From Narcine bancroftii (taxonomy: Eukaryota), in contig NC_091481.1 of assembly GCF_036971445.1 (NCBI RefSeq), positions 11,160,001-11,224,000 of the forward strand: a DNA stretch of 64,000 bases, read 5' to 3'. The notes beneath the pieces were generated by a model. That model did no database searches, was not told where the DNA came from, and saw nothing but the letters and a program-made list of their open reading frames with translations. Position numbers and translations under genes: made by a program. Below, in pieces: positions 39,060 through 52,700 of this stretch (positions are counted from its first letter, which is position 1; each line of letters starts with the position of its first letter).

Positions 39060-39985
39060 AGAAGAAACAGAGTTTATTGTCACAAAATTTGTTGGTTTGT
39101 GCCAGCTTCAAAGTATAAACCACCTTACAAAAACAAATAAATAAATGAAGTGCGTGAAAAGTCAAAGTAAGGCAGTGTCTGGTTCATTGTCCTTTCAGGA
39201 ATCTGATGGCAGAGGGGAAGAAACTGTTCTTGTGCCACTGAGTGCTCGTTTTTAGGCTCCTGTACCTTTGTCCCGATGGTAGTAGAGTGAAGAGAGAGTG
39301 GCCTGTGTGGTGGGGGTCTTTGAGGCTGCTTTTTTAAGACATCGCCTCACATGGATGTCCTCGATGGAGTGGAGTCTGGTGCCTGTGATGTCGCAGGCCA
39401 AGAGCTTTTTCTTGTCCTGAGAATTGGCGCCTCTGTACCAGGGAGCGTTGCAACCAGCCAGGATCTTCTCTATGGTACATTTGAAGGTGTTTTCGAAGTT
39501 CTTCAGTGACATACCAAATCTCCTCAAACACCTTACAAAGTATAGCTTCTTCACTGATTGCATCGACGTGCAGGCTCCAGGACAGATCCTCAAAGATGTT
39601 GACATCCAGGAATTTGAAGTTCTTGACCCTCTCTCCACGACTGAGCCCTCGTTGAGGACTGGGTCATGTTCTTCTGACTTTCTCCTGAAGTCCACAACTG
39701 TCACCTTAGATTTGCTAACATTTAGTGCTGGGTTGTTGGTGTGACAACCACTCAATGAGCTGATCTCTCTCCCTCCTCAGTGCTGCTTGTGATTCTGCCG
39801 ACAACCGTGATGCCATCGGCAAACTTGTAGGTAGCATTGGAATTGTGCCTGGCGACACAGTCATGGGTGAGTAATGGGATAAGCATGCATCCTTGAGGTG
39901 TGCCTGTGTTGATAGTGAGGAGAAGACATTGTTTCCAATTCATACTGACTGGTCTTTCAAAGAGGAAGTCAAGGATCGAGTTTCA
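39060..39985 (-). mobile_element. Rex1/Babar-like LINE fragment
   Basis: [33 protein letters not shown]. Confidence 0.8.
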
Positions 39986-41069
39986 GATTGGATTGGGCAA
40001 TAAACCCTTCATCGGTCCTGATTTATACTATGCCCTTCAATTCTGCTAATAATTTATGGACCCATACAGAAGTCTAACAGTCATTTTCAAATGTTTCTTT
40101 AAAAGTTTGCTCAACATATGCTGGAATAGGAAATTCTGGTAAATCTTTACTCAATGTTGGTTTAATTTTGCTCACCATGATCTAAATATGACAGGAAATC
40201 ACAAAAATAGGTTACGTCTAAAAAGGTACACGACTAGAAATTTTTAAGGTGATTTTTATGATCAGCAGCCCAAAATCCAAAAGAGTTCAGGAAGCAAAAT
40301 ATTCTTTGTTCAGTGTTATTATATACAAAAGGATGGTACAGTGCAGTGCAGCTGTCTCTCAGCGCTAGAAACCCAGCTTCAAGCCTGACCTCTGAAAGCA
40401 CTATTGCACTTTTTCCCATTGTCCAAGTGAGTTTTGTCCTGCATCACAAAGGCACTAAGTTTGGTAAGTTTGTCACTGTTAATTGCCTCGAGTGTGCAGG
40501 TGAGTGGTAGCATTTGAGAATAAGAAATAGGGTAACATAAATGAGTAGTGATGTCCGGCATAGACTGGGGTGGGGGAGGGAGGAAAAGGGCCAGTTTCTT
40601 TGCTGTATCTATGACCCTAGGATGCACTCATCATTCTGTGCTGCCTCATGCTAGCTTTTTGATCTTCATGTACAAGTTGATCCATCTTCTGAGGTTAAAT
40701 CCATTGTCATATTCTAATAGAGCTCCACTAGGGTTGGTATCACCTATGGACTAAGTCTACAGAGCACAGAAGAAACAGGTCTGTGTTTCTTGTATGTCTG
40801 GGGTGGTTGATCACCAATGCCAAACAAACAAACGCCATCTGAAACTTGTCCAACCCTAAACCAGTAACTAAAATTTACAAAAGGTACACTAAAATACTAC
40901 TAATACATTTTAACCCTCCTTCCCCCCTCCCACCCCAATCCCTCCCAAAACCTAAGGAGCTAAAAAAAATTATGTACTGCTGTGGAGTGTATTATATCTT
41001 AACAGCAATTAAAAAATCATTAAAAAACTACTTTTGCTGTTACTACTTAAAATGGCAAAACATTTGTCA

Positions 41070-42670
41070 GAAATGATGAAGGATTTAAATTTAGTTGAGA
41101 TTTGGAGGAGGTTAAATCCTACTGAGAAAGATTTTTCGATTTATTCAGCAAGACATGATTCCTTTAATCGAATTGATTTATTTTTAATATCAGCAATTAC
41201 AAGGTAGGATTACTCAGGCCGATTATAAAAGTAGGATTTTGTCCGACTTCCTTACTATTAATTTCTTGTCTTAGTCCCGAAATAGTTCAAACAATTTATT
41301 ATTGGAGATTTAACACGATGCTATTAAAACAACTGGAGTTTATTGAATATATTAGGGAACATATTACATTTTTACAAATAAATGAAAAATCAGTACAAAG
41401 TAAATTTACTTTGTTGGACACTTTAAAGGCTTATTAAAGAGGGCAGATTATCAGTTACTCTACTAAAGTTAAAAAAACAATATGCTACAGAAACTCTTAA
41501 TTTGGAAAAGGAGATCAACACATTAAAAAAGTTACAACGAAACTCGATTGAAGATTAAAAAAAGCTCTCATTTAATGAAATTGAAATTGTGATACAATAC
41601 AAACATATAAGTACACTATTATAAATTGGGGGAACGTGAACAGAAGGTATTAGCTTGGCAATTGAAGACAGAGCAGGCATCTAGGGCAATAAACGCGGTA
41701 AGGAAAAAATCAGCAGTTACATATAAACCTCAAGAAATTAATGAAGATTTTCATATTTTTTAATCAAGAACTATATACTTCTGGAGGGATTCAAGATGAT
41801 AATCAGATTGAGTCATTTTTGACTAATTTAGATTTAACACATTTAAAGGAAAAAGATGTACAGGAGTAAGATGAGTTTTTTTGATTTGGAGATTAAGGAA
41901 GTTTTACAAACTATGCCGGGCAGGAAATCTCCAGGAGAGGATGGGTTTACTTTAGAATTTTATAAAGAATTTCATGATTTATTACTTCCGGTATTTATGG
42001 AAGTATTAAAACAAGCTACAGAAACTGGTGTGTTTCCGGAGTCTTCTTCAAGAGCATTGATTAGTGTTATTCCTAAGAAGGATAGAGATCCTTTGAAAGT
42101 GGCTTCATATAGACAATTTCTTTATTGAATGTTGATTATAAAATTGTAGCTAAGATGTTATCTAATACACCTGCTAAGTTTTTACCACAGTTAATTCATG
42201 TTGATCAAGCAGGTTTTATTAAAAATCAATATTCTGCCAATAATATTGTTAAATTAATTAACACATTAAAGAAGCAACCCAACCAACCAATGATAGTAGC
42301 ATTAAATGCTGAAAAGACTTTTGATCAGGTAGAGTGGAATTTTTTATTTAAAGTGTTGGAAAGATTTAAATTTGGACCACTCTTTACTGGTTGGGTGAAG
42401 GCTTTATATAAAAATCCGTCGGCTAGGGTGGTGACTAATGGACAAATTTAATCCTCATTCAATTTGACTTGGTCAACGAGGCAAGGTTGTCCATTGTCGT
42501 CGGCCTTATTTGCTTTGATTATTGATCCACTGGGCCAAGCTATTAGACAGGATAATATTATTCAGGGAATTAAAATTGGTAATGAGGAATACAAGATTAA
42601 TTTGTTTGCGGATGATGCGTTAATTTATTTAACGCATCCTAAAGAATCTTTGGAAAGGCATCAAAGTTAA
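41070..42670 (+). mobile_element. Degenerate L1/Tx1 ORF2 fragment
   Basis: KSPGEDGF..EFYK, DQAGFIK, AEKTFD.VEW, TRQGCPLS, LFADDAL with frameshifts. Confidence 0.85.
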
Positions 42671-43425
42671 ACAAACTCTGACGCCATTTTAAATGTAAAA
42701 ATTCACAGAAAAGCATCTGGTAAAATCAAAGTGGGAGAGTGTACGACCAGAAGGAACAGCCTCAGAATAAAAGAACATCACTTTAGAACAGAGAAGAAAT
42801 TTCTTCAGCCAGAGGGTGGCAAATATGTGGAATTTGTTGATATAGATAGCTATAGAGGCCAAGTCATTGAGTATGATTAAATTTATATTTTTTTAAAATT
42901 AAATGTTTTTTAAAAAAATATAATATTCAGCATGGGAACAGGCCATTTCAGCCCAATTAACCATCAATGAATAGAAGCTTGTTAAAGGAGAATAGGGTGA
43001 AAGAAAAAAATAAGTAACAGCAATGATTTGGATGGCACAGCAGGCCTGATTCTGCTCTGACATATTGTGGTTTAAAAGCAACAGGATTAATCAAGACTGG
43101 GTTGATATCAGTTCAGCAATAAGAAGCAAATCAGATTCAATTAGAGCACTTCCTGCTAGACCAGGGCAATTTGGTCATCAGCAGATAAGTAGGAATCTGC
43201 CACATAGTTGGTCAGCACAGTTAGTGTGGTGGTTAACACAATGGTGTTTTAGCGCCAGAGATCGGGATCGGGGTTCAAATCCCACGGTGGTGGTGGGGGG
43301 GGGGTTGCGGCAGCATTGGGTGGGGGAAGGTGAGAGGGCCATTTTGGTGTAACCCCCTCTGAATGTGTCACCTGGTGCAGTCTGCATCCTCCTAGTGGGA
43401 GTAGGAGGGATAGTTTGGGAAGATG

Positions 43426-43798
43426 TCACACAGGAAGTAGTGTAGGGGAATGGAGCTTCACCCAACTCTTATGGCTTGGAATATCAATCATCATGTCTTT
43501 GTTTTTTGGAATCAGTTGGAGAATATTTGCTTTGAGATTTCCAACCCTAACTCTCATTCCCAGGTTGGGGATGCAGCTCTCATCTCCCAGGTCTTTTAGA
43601 ATGGTATTCATAATTTTCTGAAGAAATTCTTTGTCATATTTCTGCCTGAAAGACAACAGCTCTTTCACCTGTGTTTCAACTCTGAGTAAAAGTTCTTCAT
43701 CGTCTGTGATTTTAATGATGATCTTCAGATCAGTACGGATTTCTTCAACTTGTTGAATGTTTCTTTGTCCAAGGTCACCAAGTTCATTTGCACACAAA
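43426..43798 (-). CDS. Terminal exon of the NLR: last LRR plus about 90 aa predicted helical tail
   Basis: Acceptor tgtttacag; TA|T completes Tyr to give [15 protein letters not shown] (LRR), then [17 protein letters not shown]...SPTLLPV*. Confidence 0.75.
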
Positions 43799-46700
43799 CT
43801 GTAAACATCAAAGCAATGATCTTCAGCAAATGCGTCATGCATATATAGCCCCCAAAAATTATTTTCTGACCACCAAATTCTCTTTATGGCCCACGCCTAA
43901 AATTCTAAAGGGAGATCATGGTCACTGCTCATGCAGATGTTTGGAAAAATTTCTAACTGCTCACTCTTGTTGCTCTCTCCTGTGCATGCACATGTAGATA
44001 TTTTATGTTCAAGTACAATTTTTTTTAAAACTGTTATCCGGAATTCAAGCAACTGGAAAAAATCATTGCGGAAAATAGGTAAAAAATACGCAAGTTTAAA
44101 ATTGACGCACCTCACCATTGGTTCACCAGTGACGAACACACATTCTCAAGCAACCGAAAAATTCACTTATCCAGCATCTACCGATCCCCAGAGGCGGCAG
44201 ACACTAGGGGTTTTACTATATTTATGACTCCCTTTTGAAAATAAATTTGGAATCCACAGCATGTTCAATATAAATTTCCCTAATTTCCTTCCATTTTTTG
44301 TAAACCATCTGAAATCTGTACTCTCTGAATACCAACCTTCCTGCCAATAGAAACAATTTTGTCCTTTATGCTCAACCAATTACCAAACCAGAGGAGAGCA
44401 GTCTAAAAGGGTCCTGTCCCACAGATCTGCTATTTCCCTCCTTGGATGCTGCCCGACCCAATGAGTTCCTCCAAATGCTCATTTTATTGTTCCAATTTCC
44501 AAACCTCCATCCATTTTCATTATATTAAATCAAGAATATACCCAATTCCTTTAAAATGCATCAAGAGGCTTTGATAGATAAGTGGTTAGAGCACTGGCAT
44601 TTTTAAACCAGGGGTTGTGAGTTCATTCCTTGCTGGGGCCTCATTTCTGTGAGGGGTGCTTGACAAAGTGGCAACTCTCTGTCTTCCTTACAGTAGACAA
44701 AGTTAAAGTATTTCATGTAGTATTAGGTGACAATAATGGAACCTTTATCTTGTCAGCCACTAATAGTGACACTGAATCAGCTCAACAAGAATACTTTCTC
44801 AATTCTTGCTCCTTTCTGCTCCTCACAGTGAAAGCACAGAACACTTATGGACTGGTCTGTAATACCATTTGTTCTTTGCATTTTATGACTGGGAAAGGAG
44901 AAGAGAGTCACGTTTGCAGTGAAACCCCCTGTATTTGGCACCTATGGGAATTGGTAGATGCCCGATAAGTGAATTTGCTGGTTGCTTGAGATTGCATGTT
45001 GCGTGGATTTGCAAACTAATTGCTGGGGGCGCCAATTTTAAACGTTTATATTTTTTACCAACGGGTATTTATTTTCCGTGATATTTTTGCTGGTTGCTCG
45101 AGGCTGCCAGTTACTTGAATTCCAGATAATGGGGATTTTACTGGATTGTGTCTCAGACTCAGTAAAGTCAATCATTTGTACACAAATACATCATTGAAGG
45201 GATGTTTCAAACAAACTGCATATGCATAGGTCCATCCAGTTACTTACTAGAGTTTCTGGAGAGTTTTGTTGCAAGTCAGGTACCGATTCATATTTTTTGT
45301 GCCTTCATCCATGATTTTATTGTCATATAAACGAAGGACTTTGAGACTTTGGTTATTCGCCAGAGCTTCCCAAAAATACTGAGCTCCTGTGGAACCAAAA
45401 GAGTTTGTTCCACACCTGAAAAGCAGAATCAAATGTCAAATGTCAGGGATTAGATTTCCTATTGAAATTTGAACAGTTTTATACGAAGATGTATGTGATA
45501 AAAATTCTCACGATAATGTCTCAATCCTGCATTCTGGGTTTTGAAGGATATTACTCAAAATCTTTGCTGAGTCCTCTGTCAGTTTGTTGGAGCTTACCCT
45601 AGAACACAAGACAATGAGAAGAATTAGAGTTGAGTATCTGCGTGGAGAAGAACTCCAGTCTCACAAACTGCTGATGGAGGGGACTGCCTTAAAAGTAAAC
45701 ACTGGTTCTTCCAGGAGAGCAAGGTTTCTAACCCCTGTCTAACAAGGAACATTTCTATATTATTTATGATTTTTATGAAGAGAGGGCACCTGAGGTTGAT
45801 GTGAAACCACCTTCAAATGGTTCCACTCTGTTACTGCAACGTGGAACACACAAAATCAATTTGAATTCAACAATTGCTTACAATATGTAAAAGTGATCCA
45901 TTAAGATGCAGGGAAATTGTGACATGCACTTGAACAAAGGTAAAACGATGGCAGAACTCCAATTGTTCTTCTTTTAGATATTTATTCTGTGGGTTCTGCC
46001 TTTCCCTGCCCTCTTACAAAGAGGAATATGGAAAAGAATAATTCAGATCAAATAGTACTTTCCATGTATTCATATTTCCCAACTAATGGTTACTTTTGTG
46101 GTGTTTGAAGGTAATCCCACAGTCAATGAGCACAGCAAGTGGCCATTGGGACTTGATTTGATTTGGGAAGAAAAAAATGAGACTACCCATTGTCTCTGTT
46201 GTGCTTGAAATGAGGTGGTGCAAGATTTACAAATAGACTGTACCTGCTACCTGCGCTTGCAGCAAGCAAAGTATCTTTACAGCGATAAATAAAAATCTCT
46301 ACAAGCAACAGCAAATAGAATCAATCCCCTTCACACACAGCATGGTTATGCCACCAAGAATGGACAAGGATAGGCACATGAGAGAACAGAGTAACAGATG
46401 CAGTTAATTGCACAAATAATTTCCAAAGAGCCTTGAAAAGTAGCATTGTGATGTGCAGATGCCGACATTAGTCAAGACAGAAAAGAATCAGGAAAGGTAG
46501 GACAAAAAAATGTCAAAATGTAGAATAAATCACAAAGGAGAACAAACATAGGGTATATAAATGACTGAAACTAAAGCTTAATATTTTAATGAAAATCATT
46601 ACTCACAAAAGAGTTCTGCATTTGAATAGTACATCTTTGAGCTGTTTTATTCCTTCATCTCTGAGCCTGCAGAGTCTCAAATCCAACACTTCCACTGTGG

Positions 46701-49700
46701 ACTGACTGAGACAATAGCATAAAGCAGACACATCTAGTGGGCTCAGAGGAACATTGTGAAACTCTATACGTTTGATGCATGGAGATACTTCAGTTGTGAC
46801 AATTGGATCATGCAGTTCAAACAGGCAATGGATCAAATTCAGCAACTCTGCCTGCTTCAAGTCTTGCTCAAGGCTGTTCTTGAACCAAGTGATGAGACCT
46901 CTGGCTGTCGAAGGAGTGAGAGGACTTGTAAAATCCCACAACTTGCCATCTCTTCTTGTTGTTAAAAAGCCCATGAGAAACTTGGTAAAATTGTACAGTT
47001 TCTCTGTATGTTTCGGTTGAAATGATTGCAGATAAAATTGGCTCATTTGATTTTTAGGCTTTTTCCCAAAACACCAAAGGTTCAAACATTTGACCAACTC
47101 ATCAGTGTCATCATTGAGTGAATTTGCACAATACAATGCTGCAAATTGTTCCTTTAGCATGGTGTGGCAGAATGCAAAGGATCCTTGATCTTTACACAGA
47201 TTTTCCAGGATCAGATGTGAGAATTGCTTTGAAAGCATGCTTTGGTCTATTTCATAGGTCTTCAGATCAGCTGCACTAATTTCTAGCTTGCCTGACAGCA
47301 GAGTGATGAAGGAGTGTTCCCCAACTTTCAGGATGGTGTGTTTAAACAGTTTTCTCTCCAGTTCAGTCTTGTCAGTAACTGTGCTGCAGTTAAACAGACT
47401 GTGAAGTAACAGTGAAAAAACTTTGGTACTTGTCATTGGTGCATTTCCTGTCACTTCCTGACTGCAGAAACAACTGCCCAAACTCTTCAAAATATTGCAC
47501 AGAATGTAACTGTTAAGGGGATTATAAGCCATGCACTTGATGCTCTCATTCTCCGTAATGGACAGATACATTTCTTCCGCTTTTTGCTTTTCCCCACAGA
47601 ACACTTCACAATATCTTCTCAATTGATCATTGGTAAAACTAGAGATAACAAAATAGTAATCAAAATGAGACTTGTTAAATTCTATCTGCTTGGTATTCCA
47701 CCGTGTCGTAACCAACACGAATGCTTCTCGGAGGAGATTCCCGGATATTAGTTTGGCCACAAGGACACTTACTTCAGCTTCACTGTCCAGGTTAAAATCA
47801 AAATCTGATGGATGCCATTGCAGCTGATGGTTGAACTCATCGAGACCATCCAAAATGATCAACACATCCTGACAATTTTGGAGAAGCTCCATTAGGACTG
47901 AGGACAAAGGCGGGCACTGCTTCGTTAGCAGTTCCCGGAGAGTGGTCTTTCCTTTGACTCTGTTCAAGTCAGAGAACCTGAGAACGATGACACAGCTCAT
48001 CAGGTGCAATGGATGAGACGCCCACTCTTGCTCTATACTGTCCACAGTCCAGCTCTTCCCGATCCCTGGATCACCTAGCAGCAGGACTCTCTTTGTGTAC
48101 GTGGCTTTCTGGAGCATGGACAGCAGTTGTGAAGCTTTCATTTCACTCTCAATATTCAAGTTTCCTTTCTGGATAAGGTCATAGTCTGGGTCCTGTAGCT
48201 TTGGGGAGATGACATTAATGGATCTGGCAAATGAGGAGCTGCTGAAGTTCCCTTGCATTGATGCATAACATGAATGTGCTTGGTCTTTCAAGATGTATTG
48301 TTTGTAATTCTGAATGGCAGCTGAAAAGAAAGATACATTTCTCAGAATGATTATGTGTTTTATTATCTTGGATGAATGAAGTGTAAGAAATGCAGAAATC
48401 AGATATGAGCATCAAGTTGCTAAGTTACCCTAAGAAACCCTACATTTTAATGATCATAGAGTCCTATTGAGGCTGGATATGGTTTCTGAAAGGAGTAACT
48501 ATAATCAGTAATGGCCTTTAATTTCTTGTCAAAATACAGTCATTCTCAACCAGTGGGCCATATCTTGTTTGGATGTGGGTCTTTAAAAATGTTCAATAAA
48601 ATATTTAAAATTAGATAATGATGTGTTTCTTACATGTGATGTTTCTTTTATTGTAATAAATAAACTTGGGTTATTTTAAAACAACTCACTCAAGACCGTA
48701 TGGAGGCATCCATCTTAAATCATCCTTAGCTGTAACCAACTAGTCTCTGGCTCCTTCTAGTGGTCAGGAGGATCACTAGCACTCTATCACTACATCCCTT
48801 TTCCTGGAGATGTTTAATCTAACAACATGACACACTAATTCAGTATTCATTTCAATTTAAAATTCAATAAAAATATAAACAAACATCAGCAGCATAAACT
48901 TTTTAAGTGTACAGTTCTTTAGTTTTAAAGATTCACCCTGTCAGGTGCCTTGATAATGCCTGTGGATCATCTTAACACAAGGGCTTGTGTTGGCTCTGCT
49001 AGTCTAGCACTGGTAGTGTTTCCTCTGTCACTGCGTAGGCTGCATCTTCTGCATTTGTCTGTTCCTGCAGTGCCTCTTGTGTTTTCAGCAAGCTCTTTCA
49101 ATTCCTTCTAAGTATTTGACCATCCTCTGTTCTGACAGTGTAGGATCTTGGAGATACTTCCTCCAGACAGTAGCCTTTTTGACCCATGTGTTGGAATCTG
49201 TGAGTCTCACTGTGTCATGTAATGCCAGTGGCCCTAAGCTTCTTGCTGATTTGTCATAGTTTGCTTTTTGTCTCCATTGCAGATGCTTTTGTTTCCATTT
49301 GACATCTTCGACACCTCTGTTCTTGTTTGCGCCTGCAGAGTATGGCAGTGTGGTGTGTGTCTACGTCCCATCAGAAGCTAACTGCAATGTGACTCAATCG
49401 AGCTAGGTAAGGATCTGAGCAACTGTCTAATGCTTACTTGAGCAACTGTTTAACTACGTAAACTCCTTTCTCTGCTTTACCGTTTGACTGTGGAAGCAGA
49501 GGACATACATAGCATGTAAAAAATTATGCTCTTCTGCAAAGTTCTAGAATTCTCTACAGCTATAGCATGGTCCATTATCACTGTGGACAATTTGAGGAAT
49601 TCTATGTCTTGCAAGAATTTAACTGGGAAATTGATCATTCCCAGCACTTTCAATATGCCTTTTTTTGTCAGTGGGTCTGAGCATCTCTAAAATTGCTTTC

Positions 49701-52700
49701 ACCTTACTCCTGTCTGGCACCACACCTGCCTTTGACAGTTTATCTCCCAGAAAGGTGATTTCCTTCACATCAAACTCTGTTTAACTTTAATCTGTAGCAG
49801 CAGCTACACTGCTCCTGCAATAACACATGCAACTAGACGGGTTGAGGTCAGTGAGCAGACTAGTTTATTACAGGCTGCTGGGCTGCACTTATAGTCTCAG
49901 CCCAGACCTGGCTGAGAACTGCGCTGGAGGGCGCTGACGTCGTCTGGGCATCATGTGGTCCCCAGTGCAGGTTTCTGAGCCCTGAGCTGGAAGGAAGGGA
50001 AATCCCCGATGGCACCATTTTCACATGTTGTGGCCCAGCCCGCGATCTGCTTCTGCAGTCCATGCCATATGAACCGTTCTGCCACCATCCAGACCGTGGA
50101 CCTGATGGACGGATGTTTAAGGTTGTGGATGTGACCTGCCTGCGTCACTGCTGCGGAACCACTGGCCACGGGGTGCCCAAGGAGATATCACACAGGATGG
50201 TGCCTTTGCCGCTCGGAGTCGGGAGGTCTCGGAACTGCAGGCCGGTGATGGCGGTCTTGAACGCCCTCGTCTCCTCATCAGCTTCCTGGTCCCGGGCGAG
50301 CTGGTTGAAGTCGAGGCCAGCCGTCAGCGCGCAGATGGCCGGTTGCGAGAGTGCATCGGCAACCACATTGTCCTTCCCTGCCTTGTGCCGAATGTCGGTG
50401 GGAAACTCTGACACGAAGGAGAGGTGACGCTGCTGGCGGGCCGACCAGGGATCGTTTGCCATCACGAGCGCCTGGGTGAGGGGTTTGTGGTCCGGTGAAG
50501 ATGGTAAAAGTCCTCCCCTCCAAAAAATAGCGGAAATGCCGCACCACCCAGTAACTTGCGATCGAAGGCACTATTCTTGCGTTCCAGCAGGCGGAGCAGA
50601 CGGCTGAAGAATGCCAGTGGCTTCCAATGCCCATTCACCTGCTGCTCCAGGTCGGCACCGACGGCTGTGGCAGAGGCATCGATAGAGAGTGCCATATGCA
50701 GGTCAGTGTGCAGGTGGGCAAGCATGACGGCCTTCATGAGGGCATCCTTGGTGGCCTTGAATGCGGTGCAGGCTTCTGGGTTCCAAACGAGCATCTTGTG
50801 CTTGGCTGCGATGAGGGTGAACAGTGGCGCATGATGCACGCAGCTCCCGGGATGAAGCGGTTGTAAAAGTTGACCATATCCACGAACACCTGCAGCCCCT
50901 TGAGGTTGTTCTGGCGTGGGAACTCCCTGATGGTGGCAACCTTCGCAGCGGCGGGCGTGCCTCCTTCGGCCGTCATGTTATGGCCCAGGAACTGCATGGA
51001 CTCTTTCTCAAACTGGCACTTGGCCGGGTTGATGGTAAGGCCGAAGTTGGCCAGCTGGGAGGAAAGGCCACGTAGGTGGGCCTTGTGTTGCGCCCAGTCC
51101 TTGCTGGCGACAAGGATGTCGTCCAAATAAATAAAGATGAAATCCAAGCCCACAGAGTCTGTGAGGCGCTGGAAGGTCTGAGCAGCGTTCTTGAGCCCGA
51201 ATGGCATGCGCAGGAATTCGAACAGGCCAAAGGGGGTAATGATGGCCGTCTTGGATATGTCCTCAGGGTGCACCGGGATCTGATGATATCTGCGCACCAG
51301 GTCAACCTTGGAGAAGACCCTCGCGCCGTGCAGGTTGGCTGTAAAGTCTTTGATGTGAGGGATGGGGTAACGGTCAGGAACAGTTGCCTCGTTGAGCCAT
51401 TGATAGTCTCCACAGGGATGCCAGCCGCCGGAGGCTTTCGGGACCAGGTGGAGTGGCGAGGCCCATGGGCTGTCGGTCCGCCGAATGATCCACAGCTCCA
51501 ACAGGTGCGAAAACTCCTCCTTCGCTACCAGGGCAGTGACCACATGGTAGAATTTGGTCATGTTGGATGAAATCTGGTGGAGGTGAAACTGGGCCTCCGT
51601 GTGGACAATCCAGGTCTCTGGCTCCTGTACCCAGAATTCAGGCAGTTTCACAGATATAGCGCTGATCCCAGGCTCACTCATGATGGGTTCAAAGACATTT
51701 GAATAAGTCGGGGTCACCAATTGTAGCAGTGGCTACACTGCTCCCACAATAACACACGCAACCAGATGGGTTGAGCTCAGTGAGCAGACTAGTTTATTGC
51801 AGGCTGCTGGGCTGGACTTATACTCCCAGCCCGGACCTGGCTGAGAACCGTGCTGGAGGTCATCCGGGCATCATGTGGTCCTCAAGCTCGGGTTTCTAAG
51901 CCCTGAGTTGGAAGGAAGGGAAATCCCCAACGGCGACAATTTGGCCGGCTGCCCCGCCGTGTGGCTTACAAGCGGGGCTGGTTCGCCTGCCTTGTGGTGA
52001 GCCGCCACAAATCCAAACTTCTGGATGCGTTGTAGCACTTTGATGAGCCTCTCGTTGTGTTGTTCCTGTGTGGATCCCTATAGGATCATGTCATCCATGT
52101 ACACATGTACCCTATTTATGTCTTCTATGATGTCCTCCACTGTCCTGTAGAACATTTCCGGAGCTGAGGAAATTCCAAAAGGCATTTTCATACAGGAATT
52201 TCAGACAAACAGTGTATTAAATGTACAGTATTTTGTGCTATCTTAGTGCAGTTTTATTTACCAGAAGCCCTGGATGCATTCAATTTGGTGAAAAACTTTG
52301 CACTGGCCATCTCGCTTGTAATTTCATCCCTGGTTGGAATCTGAGTATTGGCATTCAAGTCTTTTGAGTCCATGTAGGTCACCATTCTTCTTTTTGACAC
52401 ACACCATTGAATTCACCCATTCTGAGGGCTCCTCCACTTTCTTTATGTCCCCTAGTGATGCCATTTGGTCAGGTTCCTGCTTAAGGAACCTGTCTTGGGG
52501 CATGCTCTACTGGCTGCACATTCTCCTTTAACTGTATCTTATAGGTGAATGGTAGAACACCAAATCCCTTGAAGATGTCTGGAAATTTATCCAGTATTTC
52601 CTGTACATTATTCCGTGCATTGGCCCTGTTAATGCGTACACCCTCTTGACTGGGCTAAAGTTTTCACATGCTTTGTCACCAAGCAGCGATTCATGTCCAT

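Noticed and set aside
40645-40745. Short minus-strand frame GDTNPSGALLEYDNGFNLRRWINLYMKIKKLA*
   Set aside because: Weak acceptor, phase 1 (does not fit the phase-2 LRR donors) and no recognisable homology.
44572-44645. tRNA gene (also 43210-43290)
   Set aside because: A/B boxes are present but the stems are degenerate and a SINE-like body follows; these are SINE heads.
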